DNA of 64,000 bases from an uncultured Acidobacteriota bacterium (GCA_963749025.1 CAVVKO010000006.1:157449-221448); one strand, 5' to 3'; shown: positions 30,264 to 40,091, counted from the stretch's first letter. The notes: generated by a model not told the origin, from the letters alone. A program made the numbers and translations.

Positions 30264-31483
30264 CCGTGTTTCACCAGCAGCGGCCAGACAATCCACAGCG
30301 CGGTCCCAATCAGGTTCGCGAGCGATACCGGCAGCAGCAGCTTCCATCCAAACGACATCAACTGGTCATAGCGGAAGCGTGGCAAGGTGCCACGCATCCA
30401 CACGTACACGAAAAGAATTAAACCAACCTTCAGCAGGAACCAGAACGGCCCCTGAATCACGGCCATGACGGGTGCGTAAAAACACAGCGCGCCGAGAACG
30501 AAGGCTCCCAGAGTGATCACGATGAGTTGAATGCGCGCAATCCCGCGCGCTAGCACGGCTGCGTCGTAGGCCAGATAGAGCGCTAGGCCAAGCAAGCCGA
30601 CAGCCGGCAGATAGTGCAAGAACGTCCAGCGATCAGGAAATGGCGAGAGCCAGCCGCCGAGGAAGAGAATTGTCGCGAGGCAGGAAACCGTGAGCATGTT
30701 CGCGTATTCCGCCATAAAGAACATAGCGAACTTGAAGCTCGAATATTCCGTGTGGAATCCGGCGACGAGTTCCGTTTCAGCCTCCGGCAAATCGAACGGA
30801 ACGCGGTTGGTTTCGGCAATCGCGGCCGCGAAATAGCACATAAAGCCGATAATCTGCGGGAAGGCGTGCCAGCGGGGGATGAAAGGCAAGTAACGAAAAT
30901 AGCCGCTCTGGTCCGTAATCATCTCATTAAAATTCAGCGTGTGGGCCACCAAGACTACGCCCACCACGGAGAGCGTGAGCGCAACTTCGTAACTCACCAT
31001 CTGCGCAGAACTGCGCAGTCCGCCGAGGAGCGGATATTTGCTGTTGGAGGACCATCCGGCCAGAGCCACGCCGTAAACGCCGATGGACGTGATGGCGAAA
31101 ACGAACATCAGGCCGATGTTCACGTTGGCGATGATTAATTGCGTCGGCTGGCCGAGAATCGTAATCGTGGCGGGACCGAAGGGAATCAGCGCGAGCGTCG
31201 TGAGCGCGAGCGACAACGCCAAAAACGGCGCAAGGACATAGACCAACTGGTCCGCGCCCGGCGGCGTCACATCTTCTTTAAATAGAAACTTCAGCCCGTC
31301 GGCCAGCGGCTGGAGCAAGCCATGCGCCCCGACGTAATACGGGCCCCAGCGCGACTGAATGTGCGCCACGACCTTCCGCTCGAACCAGGTGAGATAAGCC
31401 AGCGTCGTCAAAGTCAAAAATAAAAGAATGACGATCTTGACTAGCGATACCACCAGGATTGGATGCTGGGTGACGAACTCCAC
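30260..31483 (-). CDS. nuoH: NADH-quinone oxidoreductase subunit H (set 2), enlarged
   Basis: [71 protein letters not shown] start at 31483 chosen by analogy with other NuoH N-termini; the longer ORF would overlap nuoG heavily. Confidence 0.88.
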   Translation of the reverse strand: MEFVTQHPILVVSLVKIVILLFLTLTTLAYLTWFERKVVAHIQSRWGPYYVGAHGLLQPLADGLKFLFKEDVTPPGADQLVYVLAPFLALSLALTTLALIPFGPATITILGQPTQLIIANVNIGLMFVFAITSIGVYGVALAGWSSNSKYPLLGGLRSSAQMVSYEVALTLSVVGVVLVAHTLNFNEMITDQSGYFRYLPFIPRWHAFPQIIGFMCYFAAAIAETNRVPFDLPEAETELVAGFHTEYSSFKFAMFFMAEYANMLTVSCLATILFLGGWLSPFPDRWTFLHYLPAVGLLGLALYLAYDAAVLARGIARIQLIVITLGAFVLGALCFYAPVMAVIQGPFWFLLKVGLILFVYVWMRGTLPRFRYDQLMSFGWKLLLPVSLANLIGTALWIVWPLLVKHG

Positions 31484-33720
31484 GGCGTATCTTTTGCCTC
31501 TTTGGTGGAATTGAGTCGGGAACAGTAGCGTCCCAAGGTTCCGCTCGTAAACAAATAATCCTGTGAAGAGAAAATTTCTCCCGCCTGCGCTTCGTACGAT
31601 GGTTCCATCGATTTGCACGACGCGGATGAAACTTGCGCGCCCCCCGAGAGCAGGCTCGCAGTGGAAAGTTCATAGCCCGCCACGTTCTGGCGGATTTCAT
31701 CGAACGCCGCTTCCGCTGTGCGCAATCGAATGGGCGAGCCGAGGCCCAGCATGCCAAGTTGATGCGAAAGTATGCGGATCAAATCGAAATCGCTGCGCGG
31801 CCCCTGCGGATCGATCGAGCGATGCGTCATCTGCACTTCGCCGGACGTATTCGTTAGCGTGCCGTCTTTTTCGTATGTGGAAGCGGCCGGCAGGATCACA
31901 TCGGCGCGCTGCGCTGTTTCGGTGAGAAACATTTCGTGCACGACCACCAATTCCAGGCCGCTCAGCCGGTCGGGCTGCGACACTCCGAATGTCTTTACCG
32001 GATTCGCGCCGACCACGTATAGGGCCTTCAATCTGCCGGTCAGCGCCGCGTCCATCATGGAGCGCGCGCTTAGACCCGGCGTCGCGCTGATTTCGCCGCC
32101 CCACAATTTTCCAAAGCGCGCGCGTTCGGCCCCATCGGAAAGTGGCGCGTAACCCGGCAACCGGTCCGGCAACAAGCCCATATCTGCAGCGCCGCGCGAA
32201 TTCGAATAATCGCCCAGGGCCATATAGCGCACGCGCCCCGCGAGCTGCGACGCGAACGAAACCAGATCGCGAATTGCGGAGCCTTGAATATCCGCGCCAA
32301 AAATAATTACGATCTCGCTTTCTTTCGAGAGCGCCGACTTGAGCTGCCCAAGCTCGCCGGAAGTCTTCGCGTCGAAGTCGCCCTCGCCTGTGCTGAGCCA
32401 GCGCACCGCCGCGCGTTCGCCGCCCTTCGCCACTTCCACGCCAATCGCGGCCTGCCGATGAATCTTGCTCGGCCGGCTATTGATCACATAAAGCCGCGCT
32501 TGATGATGCCGCACGCCGGTGCGAATCTGCCAGGCCACCAGCGGATTTTGCTGCGTGACGTCATTGCCGATCAGCAGCACGGCGTTCGACGTGTAAACAT
32601 CCGCCATCGTCGCTTGCGTGTCTTTCGCGTTCGGCCCCAGCGCAGCCGCCAGGCCCACATAATCGGCCGTGCGGTGATGATCGATATTGTTCGTGCCCAG
32701 CGTGACTCGCGCGAACCGGTTCAAAAGATAATTCTCTTCGTTGGTCGTGCGATTTGATCCGATCACGCCAATCGAATTCGCTCCATGCTTGTCGCGGACT
32801 TGCTTCAGCCGCCGCGCGATTTCTTCCAGCGCGTCTTCCCAGCTTGCAGGCTCGAGCTTCCCATCGCGGCGGACGAGCGGCTGGCGCACGCGCTCGGCGT
32901 TGTTCGTGAAATCGAAGCCGAAGCGTCCCTTGGCGCACAGGAATTCGCCGTTGACGCCGGAGTGATCCCGATTGTTCGCCCGCAGAATCTCGTTGTTGCG
33001 CACGCTCAGCGTTGTCTTGCAGCCATTCGAGCAATGCGCGCAGGGATCGCCGACGTACTGCATCTCCCAAGGCCGCGTTTGGTAGCGGTAAGTTCCGCTG
33101 GTGAGCGCGCCGACCGGGCATATGTCGATGCACATGCCGCATTCCTCGCACGCCAGTTCGCCGGGCTGGTTCGGCAGAATCACGGAACTCACGCCGCGCG
33201 CGCCGATGCCCAATGCTTTCACGTCCATGCCTTCATCGCAAACGCGCACGCACCGGAAACACAAGATGCAACGCGGCGCATCGTAGTAAACGAGCGGCGA
33301 CCATTTTTCTTCCGGGTAATGCAGCTTTTCTTCGTTGAAGCGGCTGTGGTCCAGCCCGTAGCGGAAGGTCATGTCCTGCAGTTCGCACTCGCCGCCCTTA
33401 TCGCACACGGGACAGTCGAGCGGATGATTCGAGAGCAGGAACTCGATCATGTCCTTGCGCGCTTTATGCACTTGCGGCGTGTTCGTTTTTACGACCATGC
33501 CCTCCACGGCCACGAGCGTGCATGCCGTTTGCAATTTCGGAGTCTTCTCCACCTCGACCAGGCACATGCGGCACGCCGCTTGCAGCGATAGCCCCGGGTA
33601 ATAGCAGAACGACGGCACCTCGATGCCTTCGCGCTTGGCCGCTTCGATTACGAGCGTGCCCGCCGGCGTGGTCACCTTTTCGCCGTTGATCGTGAACGTG
33701 ACTTGTTTTGTTTCAGCCAT
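31441..33720 (-). CDS. nuoG: NADH-quinone oxidoreductase subunit G
   Basis: MAETKQVTFTINGEKVTTPAGTLVIEAAKREGIEVPSFCYYPGLSLQAACRMCLVEV (2Fe-2S), HPLDCPVCDKGGECELQ, CILCFRCVRVC, CGMCIDICPVGAL, then a molybdopterin-oxidoreductase-like domain. Start set at ATG 33720. Confidence 0.92.
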   Translation of the reverse strand: MAETKQVTFTINGEKVTTPAGTLVIEAAKREGIEVPSFCYYPGLSLQAACRMCLVEVEKTPKLQTACTLVAVEGMVVKTNTPQVHKARKDMIEFLLSNHPLDCPVCDKGGECELQDMTFRYGLDHSRFNEEKLHYPEEKWSPLVYYDAPRCILCFRCVRVCDEGMDVKALGIGARGVSSVILPNQPGELACEECGMCIDICPVGALTSGTYRYQTRPWEMQYVGDPCAHCSNGCKTTLSVRNNEILRANNRDHSGVNGEFLCAKGRFGFDFTNNAERVRQPLVRRDGKLEPASWEDALEEIARRLKQVRDKHGANSIGVIGSNRTTNEENYLLNRFARVTLGTNNIDHHRTADYVGLAAALGPNAKDTQATMADVYTSNAVLLIGNDVTQQNPLVAWQIRTGVRHHQARLYVINSRPSKIHRQAAIGVEVAKGGERAAVRWLSTGEGDFDAKTSGELGQLKSALSKESEIVIIFGADIQGSAIRDLVSFASQLAGRVRYMALGDYSNSRGAADMGLLPDRLPGYAPLSDGAERARFGKLWGGEISATPGLSARSMMDAALTGRLKALYVVGANPVKTFGVSQPDRLSGLELVVVHEMFLTETAQRADVILPAASTYEKDGTLTNTSGEVQMTHRSIDPQGPRSDFDLIRILSHQLGMLGLGSPIRLRTAEAAFDEIRQNVAGYELSTASLLSGGAQVSSASCKSMEPSYEAQAGEIFSSQDYLFTSGTLGRYCSRLNSTKEAKDTPWSSSPSIQSWWYR

Positions 33721-33725
33721 GTTTC

Positions 33726-35540
33726 CTAGTGCGCCTCGGCAATCATCTCTGCGGGCTTGTGAGCGCATTTCCCGTGCAGATGGTCTTCGAACTCGCCCCG
33801 CCATTTCTTGACGATGCTGATCGTCGGCAGCGCCGCCGCATCGCCCAGCGGGCAAAAAGTCCGCCCCAGCATATTTTTCGAGAGCTCGTCGATCAGTGGA
33901 ATGTCTTCCGCTCGACCGCCGCCGTCGTGAAACCGGTCGAGCAGTTTGCGCAGCCAGGTGGTGCCTTCGCGGCAGGGAATGCACCAGCCGCAGGATTCGT
34001 GCGCATAGAAATGCATGATCCGCCGCGCCAAATCGACCATACATGTGTCTTCGTCGATGATGACCGTGCCGCCCGAACCCAGCATCGACCCGATTTTCGC
34101 CACCGAATCGTAATCAAGCGCCACGTCAATCTCGTCAGCCGAAAGCAGCGGGCACGAACTCCCGCCGGGGATCACAGCTTTCAATTTTTTGCCGTCCTTC
34201 ATTCCGCCGGCCACATCGTAAATCAGCCGCTTCAAGTTGAAGCCCAGCGGCAATTCGTAAATTCCCGGCTTGTTGATGTGCCCCGAAATTGAATAGAGCC
34301 GCGTCCCGCCATTCTTCGGAGTGCCGAGCGCCGCATACCAATCGCCGCCCTGCCGGATGATCGCCGGCACAGTGCTAAGGGTCTCTACGTTATTGATCAC
34401 CGTGGGACGTCCGTAGAGCCCTACGACAGCAGGGAAGGGCGGCTTGATGCGCGGATAGCCGCGCTTGCCTTCGAGCGATTCCATCAGCGCCGATTCCTCG
34501 CCGCACTCGTACGCGCCCGCTCCCGTATGTGCCGCGAGTTCGAAATTGAATCCGGTGCCCAGAATATTTTTGCCCAGATAGCCGCGCGCGTAGGCTTCTG
34601 CAATCGCGCGCTCCATGATGTCGATGATGTAGCGATATTCTCCGCGAATGTAAACGTAGCCCTGCTCCGCCCCAATCGCGCGGCCCGCGATCACTATTCC
34701 TTCGATCAATTGGTGTGGGTCCATCTCCATCAGCGGCCGGTCCTTGCATGTGCCCGGCTCGCTTTCGTCGCCGTTCGCAAGAATATATTTCGGCTTCGGG
34801 ATGTCCTTGGGAACGAAGCTCCATTTCATTCCCGCTGGGAATCCGGCGCCGCCACGGCCGCGCAGGTTGGATTTCTTCATTTCATCGATGATCTGCTCGG
34901 GCGTCATCTGCTTCAGCGCTTTCTCCAGCGCCTGATAGCCTTCGTGTTGCAGATAGACTTCAATCTTCGTCGAGTTCGGAATTCCGAAGCGCTTGCTGAT
35001 CACCAGGACTTCACCCGGGTTGCGCTCGTGGAGTGCGCCCGAAATCACCGGCACGGGCTTCGGCACCTTCCCGTCCTGAAGTTGCTCGAAGATCGCATCC
35101 ACTTTGTCCGGATCGAGATCCTCGTGGTAATCGAAATTCACCTGCATGGCCGGAGCGCCCGTGCATGCGCCGATGCACTCGACTTCCTCGAGCGAAAATG
35201 TTCCGGAGGGCGACGTTTCCTTGTTCCCGATGCCCAGCCGCTTTTGCACGTGCTCATAAAGCTCGTTCCCGCCGCGCAGCATGCAGGAAATATTCGTGCA
35301 CACTTGAATGTGGTAGCGCCCGGACGGCTTCCGCCGCAGCATCGAGTAGTACGCCAGTGTTTCGGTCACTTGAATCATGTTCAGGCCCAGGCGCTTGGCG
35401 ATTTCTTCCAGCACTTCATCGCTCAGGAACCCGAAAGTGTCCTGTGCGTACATCATCATGGGAATCAGCGCCGAGCGCTTCACCGGATAGCGCCCGAGCA
35501 ACACCGTGAATTTTTCATCGAGTGCCGGAGGCAGCTGCAT
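33726..35540 (-). CDS. nuoEF: fused NADH-quinone oxidoreductase subunits E and F
   Basis: One uninterrupted 604-codon frame. The N-terminal ~165 aa are NuoE-like (RSALIPMMMYAQD..., VCTNISCMLRG, ECIGACTGAPAM). The rest is NuoF (GRGGAGFPAGMKW, ESCGWCIPCREG, FCPLGDAA). The ATG at 35540 overlaps the nuoD stop (TAATG). Confidence 0.9.
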   Translation of the reverse strand: MQLPPALDEKFTVLLGRYPVKRSALIPMMMYAQDTFGFLSDEVLEEIAKRLGLNMIQVTETLAYYSMLRRKPSGRYHIQVCTNISCMLRGGNELYEHVQKRLGIGNKETSPSGTFSLEEVECIGACTGAPAMQVNFDYHEDLDPDKVDAIFEQLQDGKVPKPVPVISGALHERNPGEVLVISKRFGIPNSTKIEVYLQHEGYQALEKALKQMTPEQIIDEMKKSNLRGRGGAGFPAGMKWSFVPKDIPKPKYILANGDESEPGTCKDRPLMEMDPHQLIEGIVIAGRAIGAEQGYVYIRGEYRYIIDIMERAIAEAYARGYLGKNILGTGFNFELAAHTGAGAYECGEESALMESLEGKRGYPRIKPPFPAVVGLYGRPTVINNVETLSTVPAIIRQGGDWYAALGTPKNGGTRLYSISGHINKPGIYELPLGFNLKRLIYDVAGGMKDGKKLKAVIPGGSSCPLLSADEIDVALDYDSVAKIGSMLGSGGTVIIDEDTCMVDLARRIMHFYAHESCGWCIPCREGTTWLRKLLDRFHDGGGRAEDIPLIDELSKNMLGRTFCPLGDAAALPTISIVKKWRGEFEDHLHGKCAHKPAEMIAEAH

Positions 35541-36739
35541 TAGCGGTCCACTTCTCCCAGGACGATGTCCGTCGTGCCGATGCACGCCACCACATCCGCA
35601 ATCAGGCGTCCGGCAGCCAGCTTCGAAAGCGATTGCAAATTTACGAACGACGGAGCGCGCACTTTCACGCGATAGGGCTTCGCCGAACCGTCGCTCGCCA
35701 CGAAAAATCCCAGCTCTCCGCGCGGTGATTCAATCACTTGATAAACTTGTCCCGGCGGCGGCGCAAACCCCTCGGTATAAATCTTGAAGTGATAAATCAG
35801 GCCCTCGATCGACGTCTTCATTTCCTCGCGCGAAGGCGGCACGATCCCCGGCGCTTCGGTCCGAATCGGCCCTTCGGCGGGAACTTTTTCCATGGCTTGC
35901 CGCACGATTTTGATGCTCTCGCGAATCTCCGCCACGCGCACCTGATAGCGCGCGAAGCAATCGCCCGCCGTCTGCGTCTGCACCTGGAAATCAAATTCGT
36001 CGTAGCTCGAATACGGAAAAGCCTTGCGCACGTCGTAGTCTACGCCGCTGCCGCGCAGCATCGGCCCGGAACAGCCCATGGCGATAGCGTCCGCCGCGCT
36101 GATGATGCCCACGCCCTGCGTGCGCCCCAGCCAGATTCGGTTATTCGTCAGCAGATCTTCGTATTCGTCGATGTGCCCCGGCAGCGCGTCGATCACTCGG
36201 CGCACTTTATCGAGCCAGCCCGGCGGCGGCTCGAGCGCGAGTCCGCCGACGCGGAAGTAGCTGGTCATCATCCGCTGCCCGGAAACGTACTCGAAAATCT
36301 TCATGATCTCTTCGCGTTCGCGGAAGGTGTAGAGGAAGACGGACATGGCGCCCAAATCAATCGCGTGCGTTCCCAGCCACACCAGATGCGAGGCGATGCG
36401 CGTCAATTCCGTCAGCAGCACGCGGACGTATTGCGCGCGCTTTGGCACTTCGAGTCCGATCAGTTTTTCTACCGCCAGGCAGTAGCAGAGATTGTTCGAA
36501 AGCGGAGCGAGGTAATCGAGCCGGTCGGTAAGCGTAATCGCCTGCGAATACGTTTTCGCTTCGCAGGATTTCTCGATGCCCGTGTGCAAGTAACCGATCA
36601 CCGGCTCCGCGCTCACCACAATTTCGCCGTTCAACTCCAGAATCACGCGCAACACCCCGTGTGTAGAAGGGTGCTGCGGCCCCATGTTCAGGACCATCGT
36701 GTGCGCGGCGCCGGTCGGAGTCTCGACGGTTGCAGGCAT
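35540..36739 (-). CDS. nuoD: NADH-quinone oxidoreductase subunit D (set 2)
   Basis: [27 protein letters not shown]-terminal DIVLGEVDR. Confidence 0.95.
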   Translation of the reverse strand: MPATVETPTGAAHTMVLNMGPQHPSTHGVLRVILELNGEIVVSAEPVIGYLHTGIEKSCEAKTYSQAITLTDRLDYLAPLSNNLCYCLAVEKLIGLEVPKRAQYVRVLLTELTRIASHLVWLGTHAIDLGAMSVFLYTFREREEIMKIFEYVSGQRMMTSYFRVGGLALEPPPGWLDKVRRVIDALPGHIDEYEDLLTNNRIWLGRTQGVGIISAADAIAMGCSGPMLRGSGVDYDVRKAFPYSSYDEFDFQVQTQTAGDCFARYQVRVAEIRESIKIVRQAMEKVPAEGPIRTEAPGIVPPSREEMKTSIEGLIYHFKIYTEGFAPPPGQVYQVIESPRGELGFFVASDGSAKPYRVKVRAPSFVNLQSLSKLAAGRLIADVVACIGTTDIVLGEVDR

Positions 36740-36764
36740 TATTGTTCGCAGCTCCTCGGCACGG

Positions 36765-37241
36765 TCAACGGTACCCCTCGACGGGGTAATCCTTCCGCAG
36801 CGGATAGCCTTCCCAATCGTCCGGCATCAAAATGCGGCGAAGATCTGGATGCCCCTCGAAGCGAATTCCGAAAAGATCGTAATTCTCGCGCTCATGCCAG
36901 TTCGCCGTGGGCCACACGGACGTCACCGACGGCACCACGCAGTCGGCTCCCGCCACGCGCACCTTGAGCCGCAGCCGTTCCCGGCGGTCGATCGACAACA
37001 GGTGATAATTCACTTCAAAGCGCGGCTCGAGAGGGAAGCGGTCGAGCGTCGTGATATCGGACAGGAACGAAAAATGCAGCGAGGGTTCGGTTGAAAGGAA
37101 TTCCGTCGCGCGCCGGAGGTGTTCGCGGGGTACCACCACGGTTGTTTCCCCCCGGAATTCAAGCACTTCCGCAACCGCCTGCGCGTCCCACTCCCTCAGT
37201 TTATGCACTACCGGATTCTTATCAGTTTCCTGCGATTCCAT
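36765..37241 (-). CDS. nuoC: NADH-quinone oxidoreductase subunit C (set 2)
   Basis: [40 protein letters not shown]. 158 aa with no low-complexity extension. Confidence 0.92.
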   Translation of the reverse strand: MESQETDKNPVVHKLREWDAQAVAEVLEFRGETTVVVPREHLRRATEFLSTEPSLHFSFLSDITTLDRFPLEPRFEVNYHLLSIDRRERLRLKVRVAGADCVVPSVTSVWPTANWHERENYDLFGIRFEGHPDLRRILMPDDWEGYPLRKDYPVEGYR

Positions 37242-37268
37242 TATGAGTTCGTTCCCGGGGGCGGCTTT

Positions 37269-37697
37269 TCAGCGGCTCCAGTCGAGCGCGCCCTTCTTCC
37301 AGAGGAATATGTAACCGGCCAGCAAAATTATAATGTAGAGCAGCATCTCCACAAAGCCGAACACTCTCAGATCGCGATACACCAGCGCCCAGGGATACAG
37401 AAAGATCGCTTCAATGTCGAATAAAATAAAAAGCAGCGCCACCATGTAAAATTGGACGAAAACCGGTTCGCGGGCGTCACCCGTCGGGCGAATTCCGCAT
37501 TCGTACGGCTGATCTTTCTCCGGCGAACGCTTGTGCCGGCCCACCAGGGTTGACACCACCACCAGCGCACCCGCCAGACCCATGGCGAGTATGAACATCA
37601 ACAACAAGGAACCATAGCTATCGAGGTAGTTGCCGTTCATATTCGGTGCGCTGTTATAATAGCGGCCAGAGCGCACCCGGTCAAATGAACTCTCCAT
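37269..37697 (-). CDS. nuoA: NADH-quinone oxidoreductase subunit A (set 2)
   Basis: QPYECGIRP and FDIEAIFLYPWA motifs. The alternative ATG at 37640 (MNGNYLDSYG...) would give a more typical 123 aa. Confidence 0.88.
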   Translation of the reverse strand: MESSFDRVRSGRYYNSAPNMNGNYLDSYGSLLLMFILAMGLAGALVVVSTLVGRHKRSPEKDQPYECGIRPTGDAREPVFVQFYMVALLFILFDIEAIFLYPWALVYRDLRVFGFVEMLLYIIILLAGYIFLWKKGALDWSR

Positions 37698-37752
37698 GTC
37701 TGGATTTTCCGCGAGCTTGCTGTCGGTGCGGCCTTAAGGGGACTTTTGCTCG

Positions 37753-38373
37753 ATGAGTTCCGGTTTCAACACGGACGTCAAGGTTGGCGAGCAGGTCTTC
37801 CACGTCCAGACCGAAGACCGCGGCCCCAGCCACCCGATTATTGACACCGCCGTTTACCAAACGGGTCGCATTTTGCACCGCCGCGTCTTTAACTACTCTG
37901 AACTCGCCACCGTGGATTCTTTCACGCCCGAAGATCTTCAGTTCCGCGTGGAAGAACAGCACCGCGCCGTGATTGAAGACATTCGCTCAGGCGCGCTTGA
38001 TTCGGAAATCGCTTCGGCTTCTGCTGCAACACAGGGAAGCCGTCCGGCCGGAATTCAGTTGCAGCTCTTGAACCCTGGTTCGTGGCTTTCGGCAGGGAAG
38101 GTGTCGCTCGACGTGGAGGTTTCCCGCCGCACCGACCGCCAGCCGCAAGAAGGAGCGAACGTGCAAGCCATGATCGAAGGCGCGCTGCAGGATTCGACGC
38201 ATTCGGCGACGAGCGACCATGAGGGCCGCGTCCGCATCCAATTTCCGCTGCCGCCGCTTGGGAAAGGAGATCTTGCGCTTGTCATCCAGGTGAAGGTGGA
38301 CGCGTGGAAGGACGAAATCCGGTTCACCATGAGGTCGCGCGCAAAGGATTCGTCGGCGAGTTCCGCTCTGTGA
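37753..38373 (+). CDS. hypothetical protein (N-terminal FHVQTEDRG module, C-terminal beta-sandwich-like half)
   Basis: 206-aa ORF with coding-like composition and no signal peptide. Its stop overlaps the GTG start of thiS (GTGA). I recognise no family with confidence. Confidence 0.6.
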   Translation: MSSGFNTDVKVGEQVFHVQTEDRGPSHPIIDTAVYQTGRILHRRVFNYSELATVDSFTPEDLQFRVEEQHRAVIEDIRSGALDSEIASASAATQGSRPAGIQLQLLNPGSWLSAGKVSLDVEVSRRTDRQPQEGANVQAMIEGALQDSTHSATSDHEGRVRIQFPLPPLGKGDLALVIQVKVDAWKDEIRFTMRSRAKDSSASSAL

Positions 38374-38570
38374 ATGTAATCGTCAACGGCGACCTGCGCG
38401 AAATTCCCGATGGCTTGACCGTGGCCGCGCTGCTCGATCATCTCGGCATGTCTCGCGACCGCGTCGCCATCGAACGCAATCTCGATATCCTGCCTCGCGC
38501 GCTCTGGAATGAAACGCGCGTGCAGCCCAACGACCGGTTTGAAATAGTCCATTTCGTTGGCGGAGGCTAG
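38370..38570 (+). CDS. thiS: sulfur carrier protein ThiS
   Basis: 66 aa from GTG 38370: VNVIVNGDLREIPDGLTVAALLDHLGMSRDRVAIERNLDILPRALWNETRVQPNDRFEIVHFVGGG. ThiS-like spacing and a C-terminal Gly-Gly. Confidence 0.8.
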   Translation: MNVIVNGDLREIPDGLTVAALLDHLGMSRDRVAIERNLDILPRALWNETRVQPNDRFEIVHFVGGG

Positions 38571-38989
38571 CTTTTAGGCTTCGCAGGTGTGTTCGCTGCC
38601 ATGATCTTGCGGGCTGGGTCGTTATCGCAATAGACGCGCCATTCGGCCACGCGCCCGTCTTTTACCACCGCTCGCCACGCCGCCGGAATTTCCCAGAAAT
38701 TTTCCCGCGCCAACTTGCCGTTCACTGCGAAAGTTCCTCGCGCTCTTCCAAACATGGCGACCACGTTGTCGTGGCTGAGCTCGTCCGTCACTTCGATGGC
38801 ATAGTCAGGAAACCACGTGAAATAAAGCTTCCATCCCTCGCGCATTTTATCGGCGCCGCGAAAGGTGTTGTCCAGCGCATCGACGAAGACGTGATCGGGC
38901 GTCATCAACGCCACCAGTCCGTCCACGTCGTGCGCGTTGATCTTGGCTACAAACGCCATTGCCACATCGGCCGTTGTTCCTGGGCTCAT
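38567..38989 (-). CDS. NTF2-like (SnoaL/DUF4440-type) protein
   Basis: 140 aa; AMAFVAKINAHDVDGLVALMTPDHVFVD...W..VKDGRVAEWRVYCD follows the SnoaL-like polyketide-cyclase fold pattern. Confidence 0.65.
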   Translation of the reverse strand: MSPGTTADVAMAFVAKINAHDVDGLVALMTPDHVFVDALDNTFRGADKMREGWKLYFTWFPDYAIEVTDELSHDNVVAMFGRARGTFAVNGKLARENFWEIPAAWRAVVKDGRVAEWRVYCDNDPARKIMAANTPAKPKS

Positions 38990-39080
38990 TGGTTTAGCTC
39001 CCGGGCGTCACGCGCGAGATTCACGCGCACGCTGCTTCTTCCAAGGCCTCCAATAATACATCGGCCGGTGTCGGCGCCGC

Positions 39081-39590
39081 TTAAGCCTTCTTGCGTGTGA
39101 AATGGAATGTTTGCGCCTGCTCCTTGCCGTTCATTTGCATCGTCCACGTTTCGGAGAAGTGGTCGGCGTCCTCGATCTTGAGCGTCATTTGGTGCATGTG
39201 CATGTCATCGCTCGAGGTCAGATTCGTCGCGCTCACAAACGCAAACGCGAATTCGTTGGCGTCGGGAGCCACTGCCGGCGTCTCCATATGCGGCTGATTG
39301 CCGATGGAACAATAATGCGTCAAGGCGACGCGATTTCCGTCCGCCGTGTAAAGTGTGACCATCTGATTGTCCTTCTCATTTTGAAATGTCTCTTCCAGTG
39401 CTGTGTCATTTGAGACTAACCGGAAGGTTGACACGAACGGCTTTGTACCTGGCGCCGTTGCGGCCCAATCTCCCACAAGCGCTTTGAGTCGGTCAAACCC
39501 GCCCGCAGTTTTCGCTTCCGATCCGGCATTCGCTGCCAAGACCCCCACCACGAGAATCGCCATGCCGAGCTTCGCGATCGTCATTTTCAT
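39081..39590 (-). CDS. secreted hypothetical protein
   Basis: Signal peptide MKMTIAKLGMAILVVGVLAANAGSEA. GGAG 6 nt upstream of ATG 39590. Family not recognised with confidence. Confidence 0.65.
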   Translation of the reverse strand: MKMTIAKLGMAILVVGVLAANAGSEAKTAGGFDRLKALVGDWAATAPGTKPFVSTFRLVSNDTALEETFQNEKDNQMVTLYTADGNRVALTHYCSIGNQPHMETPAVAPDANEFAFAFVSATNLTSSDDMHMHQMTLKIEDADHFSETWTMQMNGKEQAQTFHFTRKKA

Positions 39591-39635
39591 TTCTCGCTCC
39601 TTTTTGAAATGCATTTCACAACCTATCGCCAACCT

Positions 39636-40091
39636 CTACTTCTCGACGTGCCGTTGCAGAGAATCCAGGCAGAACGCCCAACCGTTATTGTGCTTGTCGC
39701 GCGCGTCGCTGTTCGCGAAGCGTTCGTGTGTCATGATCAGCTCGCTTTTCTCTCCAAGGTCCACGAATTCCAGTGTAACGAGAGTGTTGCCGTATTCCGG
39801 CTCCGTTTCCCAAAACCAGGTGAACACCAGTCTTTCAGGCGCTTTGATTTCCAAATATTCTCCCCGCACCTTGAATACCTTTCCGTTTGGATCGGACACG
39901 TCAAACCCATAGCGTCCGCCCGGCCGCACATCCATGACCACCAGCTGCCCGACGAGTTCCGGCTTCGCGTGGCAAAACCATTCGGTCATTCTTCGGGGGT
40001 CGGTCCATGCCTGAAAGAGTTTTTCCCGCGGCGCATTAAAAACTCGCCGGATATTCAGCGTAGTCGCCGGACTTGCAACTGAGCTAGCCAT
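39636..40091 (-). CDS. SRPBCC family protein (Aha1/AHSA1-like), paralog 3
   Basis: IRRVFNAPREKLFQAWTDPRRMTEWF...RLVFTWFWE...TLVTLEF...GW is the AHSA1-type SRPBCC pattern. Confidence 0.8.
   Translation of the reverse strand: MASSVASPATTLNIRRVFNAPREKLFQAWTDPRRMTEWFCHAKPELVGQLVVMDVRPGGRYGFDVSDPNGKVFKVRGEYLEIKAPERLVFTWFWETEPEYGNTLVTLEFVDLGEKSELIMTHERFANSDARDKHNNGWAFCLDSLQRHVEK

Noticed and set aside
33721-34044. 108-codon N-terminal extension of the nuoG ORF, and the 15-codon extension of the nuoEF ORF up to 35585
   Set aside because: Both extensions overlap the upstream conserved genes and are Arg-rich. Internal ATGs give canonical N-termini and tight operon coupling.
38370-38570. Interpreting the small GG-terminated protein as the MoaD missing from the Moco cluster
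   Set aside because: Its 66-aa length and its residue pattern (I.VNG...I..G.TV..LL..L......VA.E.N..I.PR..W) match ThiS better than the roughly 81-aa MoaD. It also lies 28 kb from the Moco genes.
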